A stretch of 59,855 bases of DNA, filler included. It is 9 parts of 9 records of this genome, joined end to end, with 100 filler letters (N's around TTAATTAATTAA, not from the genome) between each part and the next. Parts side by side here need not be neighbours in the genome. Positions count along the whole stretch, not along the records: positions 17,105 to 27,300 come from SRR31147125_102838; positions 27,401 to 32,904 come from SRR31147125_102979; 7 more parts are not named here. One strand, given 5' to 3'. A program made the position numbers and the translations under genes. The notes under the pieces were generated by a model. The model saw nothing but the letters and a program-made list of their open reading frames with translations. It ran no database searches and was not told the origin of the DNA. This document shows positions 21,104-32,170 of this stretch, one piece after another (position 1 is the first letter of the stretch; each line of letters opens with the position of its first letter).

Positions 21104-22927
21104 CTATTTGATTCCGTGGCGTTTCATTTTCCTCAGCAGGGTTTTTCTGTCGATTTTCAACATGGCGGCCGACGCCCCTCGACGCCAGCGATTCTGTTCC
21201 AGCACCCTTAAAATGACCTGCCGCTCAACCCTATCCAGTTCCGCCTGAAGGCCGGCGGCAGGCGGGTGGCAGGATAAGTCATTGACGTCCGAGACCTTAT
21301 CGCCAACCGTAGCGGAAGCCGTAAAGAAGCTAAAGTGCCCCGTGGCCGCAAAGCGCTGGATCGTATTTTGCAACTCACGGACATTGCCCGGCCAATCATA
21401 GTTTTTCAGCGTTTCCCGGATGGCCGGTGGAATGGCCATCGGTATGCCGATGGTGCCAAATTTTTCGAGAAAGTGATCGATCAACAGGGGAATGTCCTGC
21501 GGTCGCTCCCGCAACAGGGGCACCTGAATCGGAAACACGTTGATGCGAAAGTAAAAATCTTCCCGCATCAAGCCCTGATTGAGATGTTCCTGCAGATCCG
21601 CATTGGTGGCGGCAATGATACGCACGTCCGGTTTTCTGGTCTCGCTGCCGCCGACCGGCGTATAGCCGTAACCATCGATGACACGCAGCAGTTTGACCTG
21701 CATGATGGTACTCAGAGCTTCCAGTTCATCGAGAAATAGACTGCCGCCGTCAGCCACATCCAGATATCCCCTTGTATCGCTGCTGGCGCCGGTGAAAGCC
21801 CCCTTCCGGTAGCCAAAGAATTCACTTTCCAATAGGTTCTCGGGAATCGCACCGCAATTCACCGGGACGAACGCATTTTTCTTGCGATCACTCAGTTCAT
21901 GAATCGCCCGGGCGACCAGCTCTTTCCCGGTACCGGATTTTCCCATGACGACCACGCTGGCATTGGTTCCGGCGGCACGGACGATCTGTTCGTAAACGGC
22001 TTGCATGGCGGGACTGCGACCGATGATGGCACCCAGTCTATACCGATCCTTGAAAGATGTTTTCAGCTTCCTGTTTTCTCGGGCCAATTCCATTTCAGTA
22101 CGCTTGCGTTCGGTCACGTCGGTTATAAAGCCCTCAATGGAAATCACCTGGCCTTTTGCCGAATAATGGCCGAGGCCCTGCTCCCAAGCCCATTTTTCTT
22201 CACCCGAATGGGTGCGGATTCTGTAGGTTACGCCGAAGTTCTTTTTCTCCCGCAGGGCCTGTTTGACGTTTTGCCTGACCACCTGCCGGTCATCGGGGTG
22301 AATCAACCGGGTAAAGGCCCGGTCGAGTGGGCCGGTGAATTCTTCTGCGTCGTAACCCGTCAGCTCCTTGCAGCCCGGGCTGATAAACCGGACCTGCCAC
22401 CCATCGGCATACTTGCATTGATAAACGATGCCCGGGAAATTGTCCAACAGGGTCGCCATCAGGCGCTCGTTTTCCCGTAATGCCCGCTCCGCCTTCTTCT
22501 GGTCGGTAATATCGATGAGGGACAGGATACTCTTATCGGTGCCGGGAATCATATCCACGGTAACGTTGACCAGCCGGCGGTTTCCCTTGCGTCCGGCCAG
22601 GTGGAAACTGTAATCAGCCGGTGCCCGCCCGCCGGTCAGGCGTCTTTGGGCATGATAGTGCTGCAGCCGTTTGCAATCCTCCGGCGCCACGAGATCGAGG
22701 AAATTGATCGGGGCGCTGGGACGCGCCTCACCGATACCGCATAGACGCCCGAACTCACCATTGAAGGAAGACACAGACATATCGGTGTTCAACACGACAA
22801 TGGCGGTGCCGGTATGTTCGAACAGGGTTCGATACCAATCGTCAGTCCCATTGTCCCGGGCAGTGGTATGCTGTCGTTTCTGTACCATAATCATGGTCAG
22901 ATTAATGGATTCAATCCATATTTGCAA
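21104..22927 (-). CDS. Sigma54-dependent transcriptional activator (PAS-PAS-AAA+-Fis HTH)
   Basis: Two PAS domains, GKSGTGKEL, ESEFFGYRKGAFTGA, WPGNVREL, C-terminal HTH. Confidence 0.93.
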   Translation of the reverse strand: MQIWIESINLTMIMVQKRQHTTARDNGTDDWYRTLFEHTGTAIVVLNTDMSVSSFNGEFGRLCGIGEARPSAPINFLDLVAPEDCKRLQHYHAQRRLTGGRAPADYSFHLAGRKGNRRLVNVTVDMIPGTDKSILSLIDITDQKKAERALRENERLMATLLDNFPGIVYQCKYADGWQVRFISPGCKELTGYDAEEFTGPLDRAFTRLIHPDDRQVVRQNVKQALREKKNFGVTYRIRTHSGEEKWAWEQGLGHYSAKGQVISIEGFITDVTERKRTEMELARENRKLKTSFKDRYRLGAIIGRSPAMQAVYEQIVRAAGTNASVVVMGKSGTGKELVARAIHELSDRKKNAFVPVNCGAIPENLLESEFFGYRKGAFTGASSDTRGYLDVADGGSLFLDELEALSTIMQVKLLRVIDGYGYTPVGGSETRKPDVRIIAATNADLQEHLNQGLMREDFYFRINVFPIQVPLLRERPQDIPLLIDHFLEKFGTIGIPMAIPPAIRETLKNYDWPGNVRELQNTIQRFAATGHFSFFTASATVGDKVSDVNDLSCHPPAAGLQAELDRVERQVILRVLEQNRWRRGASAAMLKIDRKTLLRKMKRHGIK

Positions 22928-23109
22928 TCATCCAGGCCAAACCGTTATTCACCGACCAGTGGACCTGCGGTCCGGCAAGAAAGCCGATCTTCAAACAATT
23001 TGACATTGAGCGAGAGGAACATTAAGCCTATCTTATGTGAATCACACATAAACCCGTTGAAGCCCTTTTATTTTCAATATGCATAAGCAACATGGGAGAA
23101 TAAGTCACG

Positions 23110-23958
23110 ATGAAGTGTATCTTCGCCGATCGGCTCTACACGGGAACCGATATCCGAGGCCAGGCCAGGTGTTCTTGTCATTCAAGGATACCGGCATTGT
23201 TGGCGCTACGAAAACCAAACCGCCCCATTGTCGGCAAATGGGCCATTTCCCGGTGGTAACGCCGGCATTCATTGACCCCCACAGCCACATCGGATTATGC
23301 CGTGCCGGAGAACCGGAGTCCGAGGGCGAGGGCAACGAACAGGCCAAGCCCCTTCTACTTTCACCAGACGTGCTCGACTCGCTACAGATGGATGACCCGG
23401 CTTTTGCCGATGCCATTGAGATGGGAGTTCTGTATTCATGTATTGTCCCGGGCAGCGGCAACATCGTCGGCGGATTGTCCGCCATCATCCGTCATTAGGC
23501 CAAGAACAGCAGCGAGGCCCTCATCGGCCGGGCCGGCGTCAAGGCCGCCCTTGGCTACAACCCCATGTCCACCCGGAACTGGAAAGGCGAACGCCCCACC
23601 ACGCGCATGGGCGCGATAGGCATGTTTCGGGAAAAGCTGTATCAGGTGCGAGACAGAATGAACCGCTGGCAAAAAGCCAAGGGCAAGGAAAAAGAAAAGA
23701 TAGAATTTACTGCCGAGGAACGTGTACTGCGGAATCTGATCGAAGGGAAAACGCTTTTGCGGTGCCACGTCCATAAGATTGATATCCCGCAAAAATGCCG
23801 GTTTTTTGGGCATTGACAAAAAGGTCGGCACCCTGAAGAAGGGCCGCTGGGCCTCATTCACCTGCTGGAACGGTGACCCTTTCGACCTGACCGCATATCC
23901 GGTGGCCGTATATGGTGAGGGACAGCGCCTCTATCATCCGCAAGTGCCCCCTATTTGA
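23110..23958 (+). pseudogene. Amidohydrolase family protein, disrupted
   Basis: PAFIDPHSHIG, VPGSGNIVGG, KAALGYNP, PTTRMG, CHVHKID and GTLKKGRWA...WNGDPF motifs; frameshift near 23160, in-frame TAG at 23496, internal deletion near 23786. Confidence 0.8.
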
Positions 23959-23975
23959 TCGTGCACGTCGGCTTT

Positions 23976-25361
23976 TTAGCGCCTCTCCCGCCGTTTTCGC
24001 TTGCGTGTGACGGGCGTACGCTTCTTGTTCAGGAAATCGGGATTTTTTCCGGTACGCTGCTTTAGCAGGAGCCGCAAGGGAGTTTTATCCAACTTGAACG
24101 CCTCACGGATCTGGTTCACCAGGTAGCGTTGGTAGGAAAAATGAACGGCATCGGGAAAGTTCACAAAACTGACGAAGGTGGGCGGCCGGGCGGATACCTG
24201 GGTGGCATAGTAGAACTTAAGCCGCTTACCCTTGTGCAAGGAGGGCGGTGTGCGCACCAACGCCTTTTCCATGGCCTTGTTTAGCTGACCGGTGGTGATG
24301 CGGATAGCGTATTGGGCCCAGAGGTCATTTACCATGGGAAAAATCTTTGAGATACGTTGTCCGGTCTTGGCCGACACCGTAAGAACTGGCGCAAAGCCCA
24401 AGAACTTGGCTTCCATGCGCAATTTTTCGGTCATGCGTTTGAGCGCTTTACCGTCACGGTTGTCCACCAGGTCCCATTTGTTGAACAGGAAAATCGCCCC
24501 GCATCCGCGGTCATGGGCGTATCCGGCAACCCGAACATCCTGGTCGGAAATCCCCTCCTCGGCGTCGATGATGATCAGGGCTACATGACAGCGCTCCAGA
24601 CTGCGCAGGGCCTTGATGATGGAAAACTTCTCCAGGCGCAGGGAAACCTTGCCTTTGCGGCGGATGCCGGCCGTATCGATCAGTACATAGTTATGATCGT
24701 CCCTGGTAAAGGCCGTATCAATGGCATCCCGGGTGGTGCCAGCAACGTCACTGACCACTAATCGCTCCTCGCCCAAAATCGCGTTAATCAGGGAGGACTT
24801 GCCGGCGTTGGGCTTGCCGATCACTGCAATCCGAACGGCATCCGGGTGTTCGTTCTGAGTCGCGTCCTGGGGAAAAGCGGCGGTCAGCTCATCCAGAAAA
24901 TCGGCGACCCCGTATCCATGCTCGGCCGAGACGGGAAACAACTGCTCGAGCCCCAACGCATAAAACTCAAACAGTTCCTTTTCCTGGCTTTCAGCATCGA
25001 TCTTGTTGACCACGTAAAATACCGGCTTATGCATGGTCCGCAGGCTATGGATGAGGTCGGTATCAAAAGGTGAACTGCCGCCCTTCCCATCGAGAACCAG
25101 GACAACCGCATCGGCGTCCTCGATGGCCTGGAAGACCTGCTGACGAATGTGCGGGGCAAAGGCGTCGTCGTCACCCTCGGCAAAACCGCCGGTATCCACC
25201 AAGGTAAAGCGTTTATCGTTCCAGCGGGCATCGCCGAAATTTCTGTCCCGGGTCACGCCGGGCAGATCGTCCACGATGGCGTCACGGGACCGCGTGATGC
25301 GGTTGAACAAGGTGGATTTGCCCACATTGGGCCTGCCGACGATGGCAACGATGGGTTTCAT
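23976..25361 (-). CDS. der: Ribosome biogenesis GTPase Der (EngA)
   Basis: Two G domains (GRPNVGKST...DTGG; GKPNAGKSS...DTAG) plus a KH-like C-terminus. Confidence 0.97.
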   Translation of the reverse strand: MKPIVAIVGRPNVGKSTLFNRITRSRDAIVDDLPGVTRDRNFGDARWNDKRFTLVDTGGFAEGDDDAFAPHIRQQVFQAIEDADAVVLVLDGKGGSSPFDTDLIHSLRTMHKPVFYVVNKIDAESQEKELFEFYALGLEQLFPVSAEHGYGVADFLDELTAAFPQDATQNEHPDAVRIAVIGKPNAGKSSLINAILGEERLVVSDVAGTTRDAIDTAFTRDDHNYVLIDTAGIRRKGKVSLRLEKFSIIKALRSLERCHVALIIIDAEEGISDQDVRVAGYAHDRGCGAIFLFNKWDLVDNRDGKALKRMTEKLRMEAKFLGFAPVLTVSAKTGQRISKIFPMVNDLWAQYAIRITTGQLNKAMEKALVRTPPSLHKGKRLKFYYATQVSARPPTFVSFVNFPDAVHFSYQRYLVNQIREAFKLDKTPLRLLLKQRTGKNPDFLNKKRTPVTRKRKRRERR

Positions 25362-25608
25362 GGCGTTTATCCGTTTTCGTTCTTCTACCGATTCAAAGAC
25401 CGGTGGGAATTGTTCCTTGAGCGTTAAGCCCTGAAAAGGCTATATCCCACAGGTATGATTCGCATGTCAAACCCCCAATGACCGATGGATCGACAGTAAA
25501 ATGGGTTTTCCGGTCCAACGTTATGGTGTATGCTCTTTTTGACCCACGACTGTCGGCCAATGAAAGCTTGAACACCACCGTCAATCGATACTCTCAAAAG
25601 GAGGCCCC

Positions 25609-26458
25609 ATGCCGGATCTGGCATATGTGAATGGAGAGGTGATGCCCATTGAAAAAGCTATGGTCCCCATCGAAGATCGGGGATACCAGTTCGGCGACGG
25701 GGTCTACGAGTATGTCGCCAGCTATGAGGGTCGCATGTTCATGCTGGACGCCCACCTGGACCGCCTGGAGCGTTCCATGGGGGAACTGAACTACGCCGCG
25801 ATCGACCGGAATGAGATCAAAACCGCCATCGAAGAACTGTCCCAGCAGGCCGGCTACCCGCGGCGGGGATCTACATCCAGATCACACGGGGTGTGGCACC
25901 ACGCAACCATTCCTTTCGCGCCGATCTTCCCCATCAGATGGTAATGACGATCCGAGCGGTAAATGATCTGCCAAAGGGATTGCGCTCAAAGGGGATAACG
26001 GCCATCACCGTCCCGGATATCCGCTGGGGGCGGTGTGACATAAAGACCGTTCAGTTGCTGGCCAACAGCCTGGCCAAACAGCAAGCCCTTGATTCGGATT
26101 GTGACGATGCTATTTTTTCTCCCGGCACGGCATCGTCCGTGAAGGGACCAGTTCCAACGTCTTTATTGTTTCCGGCAAACGCCTGATGACGCATCCTTTG
26201 ACGGACAACATCCTGCCGGGCATCACACGCATGGCCATCATTCAGATCTGCAAAAAAATCAATCTGGATGTCGACATCACCCTTTTCAACACCGAAGCGC
26301 TCTATCAAGCGGACGAAGTTTTTCTCACCGGAACGGTCACCGAAGTGCTTCCGGTAGTGCGTATCGATGGAAACGTGATCGGCAAAGGCAAGCCGGGATC
26401 GCTTAGCCGCCGGCTGTACAAACTGTTGCGCAAGCAGACGTTGGGCCAACCGGATTGA
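25609..26458 (+). CDS. dat: Class IV aminotransferase (D-amino-acid transaminase-like), two apparent frameshifts
   Basis: EDRGYQFGDGVYE, RWGRCDIKTVQLLAN, EGTSSN, ILPGITR and ADEVFLTGT motifs split over three frames (near 25863 and 26115). Confidence 0.82.
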
Positions 26459-26628
26459 TAAATCCGAAAGGGTGTGCGGATTAAAGGTGTCAAGGGCTTG
26501 AGATGCATGCCGGCAACGGTTTTAAAGCATGGAGCTGAGGTCATGGAAAGACCAGCGGCGGTTTGACATTTGCGATTCACGCATCATTTTTTGAGTCATA
26601 TCGTAACACATACGAAAGGAGTGAAGAT

Positions 26629-26850
26629 ATGGCTTATACATGTAACCGTTGCGGAGCCGTTGCAGACGCACCCGGGCATCTGTGCAATCCTTGCGGGGAT
26701 GCGCAAAAATGCAGTTTCTGCGGTACCCCGGACGTGAATCCCACGCATATCTGTAAAGACAAGCTGGCGATCATGAAGTACGTCTGCGACGGATGCGGAC
26801 GAGTCGCCATGGAGGAGTCTCATCTGTGCAAACCGTCTGCCATAAAGTAG
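26629..26850 (+). CDS. Small Cys/His-rich putative metal-binding protein (73 aa)
   Basis: AAGGAG Shine-Dalgarno; three CxxCG-x7-HxC units. Confidence 0.8.
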   Translation: MAYTCNRCGAVADAPGHLCNPCGDAQKCSFCGTPDVNPTHICKDKLAIMKYVCDGCGRVAMEESHLCKPSAIK

Positions 26851-27002
26851 GTTCCAGGTAATCCACCCGCGGCCCCATACGCCCGACAGGAACGATAGCG
26901 GGCCTATGGGGTCGTCGCGATCTCTGCGATCCCCGATGCCTTCGTTCTCCGTGGCAAAATTCTCAAGCTCGATTTAAATCATTAATTCCATAGTATTTTC
27001 AC

Positions 27003-27300
27003 TTAACCGGCTATTTCCTTGCCCACTCGGCCACTTTGCCCCTCCGGTTTTTTCTCATCGCCATCCACCACCACCCTTTGTACACGGCGGGAAATGCCGC
27101 AAGTCATTTCATAGGGAATCGATCCCATGGACTCGGCCACGTCCAAGGCCTGGATCGATCCGTTCTGGGTGTCGCCCCAGATCAGGACGTCATCCCCGAT
27201 CCTCACTGTATCATTCCCCACATCGACCATAATCTGATCCATGGTGATCGTCCCCACCACCGGATAATGCCGATCGCCAATCATTACCCGAAGCCTCCCC
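27003..27300 (-). CDS. alr: Alanine racemase C-terminal domain, 5' partial
   Basis: VVGTITMDQIMVDV...GSIPYEMTCGISRRVQR. Confidence 0.88.
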
Positions 27301-27400
27301 NNNNNNNNNNNNNNNNNNNNNNNNNNNNNNNNNNNNNNNNNNNNTTAATTAATTAANNNNNNNNNNNNNNNNNNNNNNNNNNNNNNNNNNNNNNNNNNNN

Positions 27401-28694
27401 AAAGAATGTTATCCCGTATGGTGGTGTCAAAAATATATGGGTGTTGCGCCACATACCCGATATTCCTGCTGATATCCATTTTCGTCAATTGTCTTAACGG
27501 CTGACTATCCAGAAAAATCTCCCCGCGACGGTACTGGTAGAGCTGGCCGATCAACATGGCCAGCGTACTCTTACCACTGCCGGAGAAACCGACAATGGCC
27601 AGATGCTCTCCGGGTTGCACTTGTAATGACACTTCCCGCAACAGATCGATGCCGCTTTTGACGGAATAACTGAGATGTCGCGTCTCCACCTTGCCGGTGA
27701 GTGACACAACGGATCGATGAGATGGGACCATGTCGAACTCCGGCTTGACATTAAACGTCTCCATGACCCTTCGATACCGAACCACGGCATCCTGGTATCC
27801 TTGATAAAAGCCGATCAACTCCTTCCACGGATCATACACTTTTTCATATGCAGAAAGAAACGCCACCAGTGCTCCCAAGGAAAAACTGCCTCGAATGGCC
27901 AGATAGCCGCCAAAGACGAACAGTAGCAGCGGACCGGTGTTTTGGAACATATTGTTGACCATTTTAATGGTGTATTTAACCAAAAAGAGCTGGTTGATGC
28001 CTTGCATCAACGTGTGGGCGATGGTATCGAATCGATGGCCGATATGCCCAAATACCGCATTGCTTTGAATTTCATGGATCCCGGTGATCGACTCATTAAT
28101 GGCGTCGTTCATCTCTCTTAGGGTGCTGATTCGCCTTTGATTGTATTGATTGTAGCGCTTCTGGAGTTGGGGGATCAGGATAATCTCGATGGGGTAGATG
28201 GAGAGGCTGATGGCGGCCAGAAGGGGATCAAGATAGATCATATATCCGCCGAATGCCAGCAGGGTCAAGATGATGGTCATCGGGACGGCCAGCGCCCCGC
28301 CGATGAAATGGCCTACCTCGGAGAGCTCTCCGGAGAGGGCATTGATCACGGTACCTGGAGGGTGGGTGCGAAAAAAGACCAATGGAAGCTGCAGAATATG
28401 CGCATGAAGTTGACACCGGATATCGCATAGGATGGCCTGTCCCAATCGGGCTTGCATCATGTTGACGGCAAATTTCAACAGACCGAACAGGACAAATGCG
28501 ATGAAAAAGAGCGTGGCATAGGTGAGCAAAAGCGTCATATCGCCGCTGCTGATGGCCACGTTGACAATCCGTTTCTGCAGCTCCAGGGGCAGCACCTGCA
28601 TGGCCACACTAAAGAGAATGACACATAAAATGAGCAGCTGCCGGGTACGATTTTTTTTTAGAACCCAGTAATAGAGAGGCTTTTGAGTGATCAT
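27401..28694 (-). CDS. ABC exporter, fused permease/ATP-binding, 3' partial
   Basis: Six-TM ABC membrane domain, VGFSGSGKST Walker A, Q-loop. Confidence 0.88.
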
Positions 28695-28975
28695 ACACAC
28701 CTTTTTTATCGGTTTTCTCTTTTTTATCTGTCAAATTCCAGTCTTGAGTATTAAAGAGTCCGCCTTTGCCTGTCAAGCAGGGAAGGAGATATAGCTATCT
28801 CAATTCCCGAGTTCAGATGGGCAATCGAGAATTGAGACAGATGGCATGATGGGGGATGCTTTAGGTAATTTGTGAAAAACAATCTACCAGACTTGGAATC
28901 AATCAATTTCTATTTGAAATGTTCCATCAGAAAAGTCGGTAAACCCTAATCTGAAAATCACCTTAAACGTCCCGG

Positions 28976-30469
28976 TTAGAAACTGAACTCTATGGCCGCC
29001 GCCACTTTCCAGAAATCTTCAACCGTTCCGCCCACGGTTTCATCATAGTCGCCGTCTTCGTCGAATGTCATGTAGCCGAGTTCAGTGGCAAATACAAGGT
29101 TGGGCAGCACCTGATAATCTGAATTGAAGTTCACTTCAACAACGGATTCGTCTTCGTTGAGCAGGATATCGTTGGGAGCCTGGAATAGATCCTCATCAGC
29201 CGTCCCTTGGGCATACATCAGCTGAAATTCATGGGACCACTTTTCACCGGTCTTGATATCTTTCAGTTTGAAACCAACGGCCCACATGGAAGTGGCAACG
29301 GTGGTATCGTGGGAGTCAAACATATTGTCGTTGAATCGGCTGCCGCCGAAAAACGAGCTGGTGTAGGTAGGGCCGCCAATCAAAAGCGGCATCATATCGA
29401 GATCTTCGTCGTTTGCATCCGGTCCGTCTCCCCAGAAGGTAAAGAATTCAGGAGAACACCACCCCATCTTGTAATTGACGACCAGGTCGGCAAACATCCC
29501 GGCGATGGTGCTGTCCACAGTGGCGGTCTCCCAATCCATGGCGCCGTAGGTGATGCTGGTTTTGAGTGAAAGGTCATCACTTAGGTTAATGCCCAGGGCG
29601 GCACCGGCATAGTAAGAACCGACATCGTCGATGGGCATGGCATCTGCGATGCCGCTGTGGCTGCCGGAAAGAAAATCGGGGTAATTGAAGTAGGCATATC
29701 TCCAATGGCTGGGCGTATTTCGGATGACATCCTCTTCAATCAACGCATAGGCCGCCCATGGGGTGAATGTAACGATGCCCAGCGCCATGGGCAGTTTGGC
29801 AAACAGAAAATCAGCCTGGTCATCGGTATTGGTTTCAGTATCGTCCATGAGATCCGCCATTCTGAACCAACCGGCTTGCAGGGATGTTCCCTCGGACAAG
29901 GGCGCGTTCATGACGATACCGGCAGGAACTTCATAGAACAGGTTACTGCCGTATGCAATTTCACCCAAGCTGAAGCTCTGGGAACCGATTTTAAAATTGA
30001 ACCCACCCAGGGTGGTGTAGTCGATGTAGAGATTATCCAACTCAAGGATCAGATCGCCATCCTCTTCACCGCCCACAACGGCATCTGTGGAGCCGAAATA
30101 GCCGCCGGTGGAACCTTCACCAATCTGAAAGCTGGCAACCCCTTTCAAATGGTCGGAAACTTGCCACACCATATTGAGTTTCAGCTCTCGCGTGGCATCG
30201 AAGTCCGCATCATCCCCTTTGCTGTAGTCATCCACAAAATCGAGATATTGCGTGGCACCAAAGGAGGCTTTGATTCCTCCGCTGATGGTGAAAGATCCCA
30301 GCTCTCCATCGTCAAATGTCATGGCATGAAGAGATAGCGGCAATATCAGCGCCCAGACCATGAAAGCGATCATGATGGGACATGCCCACCGGAGGTGTCC
30401 ATGGGATCGCTTTGAAGGCTCAAAATGTCCGATTCGATTATTACGGTTTTCTCCTGTGATCAGCTTCAT
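28976..30469 (-). CDS. Outer membrane porin (Desulfobacterota homotrimeric porin-like)
   Basis: Signal peptide, acidic beta-strand-rich sequence, LKGVASFQIG motif, C-terminal IEFSF; AGGAG Shine-Dalgarno. Confidence 0.72.
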   Translation of the reverse strand: MKLITGENRNNRIGHFEPSKRSHGHLRWACPIMIAFMVWALILPLSLHAMTFDDGELGSFTISGGIKASFGATQYLDFVDDYSKGDDADFDATRELKLNMVWQVSDHLKGVASFQIGEGSTGGYFGSTDAVVGGEEDGDLILELDNLYIDYTTLGGFNFKIGSQSFSLGEIAYGSNLFYEVPAGIVMNAPLSEGTSLQAGWFRMADLMDDTETNTDDQADFLFAKLPMALGIVTFTPWAAYALIEEDVIRNTPSHWRYAYFNYPDFLSGSHSGIADAMPIDDVGSYYAGAALGINLSDDLSLKTSITYGAMDWETATVDSTIAGMFADLVVNYKMGWCSPEFFTFWGDGPDANDEDLDMMPLLIGGPTYTSSFFGGSRFNDNMFDSHDTTVATSMWAVGFKLKDIKTGEKWSHEFQLMYAQGTADEDLFQAPNDILLNEDESVVEVNFNSDYQVLPNLVFATELGYMTFDEDGDYDETVGGTVEDFWKVAAAIEFSF

Positions 30470-31009
30470 TCTTTTTCTCCTTTTCCTTTTTCGTGAAAAT
30501 GACTGGGTAATGCATCAAATATCTCGACAAATCAATAGATACAAATACCCATTAGTATCTATTGATTTATTATCTGTTAAAAAAATATTAGATTGTCAAA
30601 ATAAATGAGATATTACCCTAAACCAATAATTATTTAATGGAGTGTGGTAGGAGGCACACCCTTATTCAAGCTATAACCCAAAAAATATGCCGCAGATGGG
30701 AATATTGATTGTTTTTTATTATAACCAATTGAATTTATATCCAATATTAAAATAAATCTTGAACAATGTTGAATGTAAATCAATTTTTCACCGATAAAAC
30801 AACGATAAAAGATGAGTTACTCGAACGTTAAGTTGCGAAATCATAACGGTGCAATTCATGGACGATGAGTTCAATTGATTGGTTCCGAAATGAAATGAAA
30901 AAGCATTCTTTTACATTAAAAACCTCACGTTGATTGGTTCGAGAATTTTAATCCTTTGTTGTGTCAGGTGGCCTGAAATAGCCGTTATATTAAAACCCTG
31001 TTTGGCCTC

Positions 31010-31025
31010 AGGTATAATACTTGCT
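31010..31025 (+). promoter_or_regulatory. Candidate sigma54 promoter
   Basis: AGGTATAATACTTGCT (GG-N10-GC); direct repeat TTGATTGGTTC at 30875 and 30930 upstream. Confidence 0.5.
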
Positions 31026-31198
31026 TAATATCAACCTTATAAGCACAAGGTCATAAATGCTCATAAAAAAGAGTACGACGATATCTTTGATTGATGAGGG
31101 GCAATCATCAGTTTATCTCTTTCGAAACGTTATAGTTATTTTTGCCGATATGCTTCGTTGATTCATTGAGGGAAAACTCGATATATTAAGGAGGAATT

Positions 31199-32170
31199 AT
31201 GAACATTGATCGTCGCCGTTTTTTCAAGGTGCTGGGAGGCGCTGCTGTTTCGACAGCGGCTGTTCCTGCGGATTTGAACGCCTGGGAATCCAAAGCGCCA
31301 GCTGATGCATTCGGGTGTCTCGTGGATTTGACCCGCTGCGTTGGATGTAGAAAATGTGAAACCGCCTGTAGTCGGGTGAATCAACTCCCGCCACCGGTCA
31401 AATCCAATTGCGACTGTGCGGTATTTGAAGAAAAAAGACGCCCGGATGAAAAGGCTTTTACCGTGGTCAACCGCTTTTTCACCGGCAAGATAGACCGGCA
31501 TGATCGCCCGGTACCCACCTTTGTGAAGGTACAGTGCATGCATTGCCGGGATCCTGCCTGTGCATCCGCCTGCATTGTGGGGGCCATCACAAAAAAAGAG
31601 AACGGCGCCGTTCATTACGATGTCTCCAAATGCATTGGATGCCGATACTGCATGGTGGCCTGCCCCTTTGAAATTCCAGCATATGAATATTTCGATCCCC
31701 TCACCCCCCGGGTAATGAAATGCACGTTCTGCTTTGATCGCATCTCACAGTCGGGCGGACTTCCCGGATGTGCCGGCATCTGTCCGACTGAAGCCATCAC
31801 CTTTGGGAAACGACAGACTCTGCTCAAGCTTGCGAAACAGCGTCTCAATGAGAATCCAGGCACCTATGTCAATCACATTTACGGGGAGAAAGAAGTGGGG
31901 GGCACCTCATGGCTCTACATTTCATCGGAACCCTTTGAGAAGCTGAAGTTTCCCGGCCTGCCTGAAAAACCGGTCCCCGCACTTTCGGAAACCATTCAAC
32001 ATACGCTTTTCAGCTACCTCTGGTCGCCCATCTTGCTCTACGGTATCCTGGGGGGCGTCATGTATCGTCAAAATAGAAAACAAGATCAGCAGGAACCAAT
32101 GAAAAGAGCGGTTTCAACGTCAACGAAACAAGATCGCCTTTCAGATCACAGTAGCCAAGGAGGTGCCTGA
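31199..32170 (+). CDS. Periplasmic 4Fe-4S dicluster protein, HmcB/HybA family
   Basis: Tat signal RRRFFK, four 4Fe-4S motifs, [14 protein letters not shown]-terminal TM helix. Confidence 0.9.
   Translation: MNIDRRRFFKVLGGAAVSTAAVPADLNAWESKAPADAFGCLVDLTRCVGCRKCETACSRVNQLPPPVKSNCDCAVFEEKRRPDEKAFTVVNRFFTGKIDRHDRPVPTFVKVQCMHCRDPACASACIVGAITKKENGAVHYDVSKCIGCRYCMVACPFEIPAYEYFDPLTPRVMKCTFCFDRISQSGGLPGCAGICPTEAITFGKRQTLLKLAKQRLNENPGTYVNHIYGEKEVGGTSWLYISSEPFEKLKFPGLPEKPVPALSETIQHTLFSYLWSPILLYGILGGVMYRQNRKQDQQEPMKRAVSTSTKQDRLSDHSSQGGA

Noticed and set aside
23496-23498. In-frame TAG in the amidohydrolase as pyrrolysine or stop-codon recoding
   Set aside because: The same gene also has a frameshift and a large deletion, other genes on the contig end in TAG, and no pyl genes are visible. 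A nonsense mutation is simpler.
25609-26458. Programmed frameshifting in dat (and at 33320, 42414, 44297 and 45525)
   Set aside because: Single-base indels in short homopolymers occur in several unrelated contigs, including the eukaryote, which points to sequencing or assembly error.
28976-30469. Porin-cytochrome extracellular electron conduit
   Set aside because: No CxxCH multiheme protein is encoded on this contig, so the claim cannot be supported.
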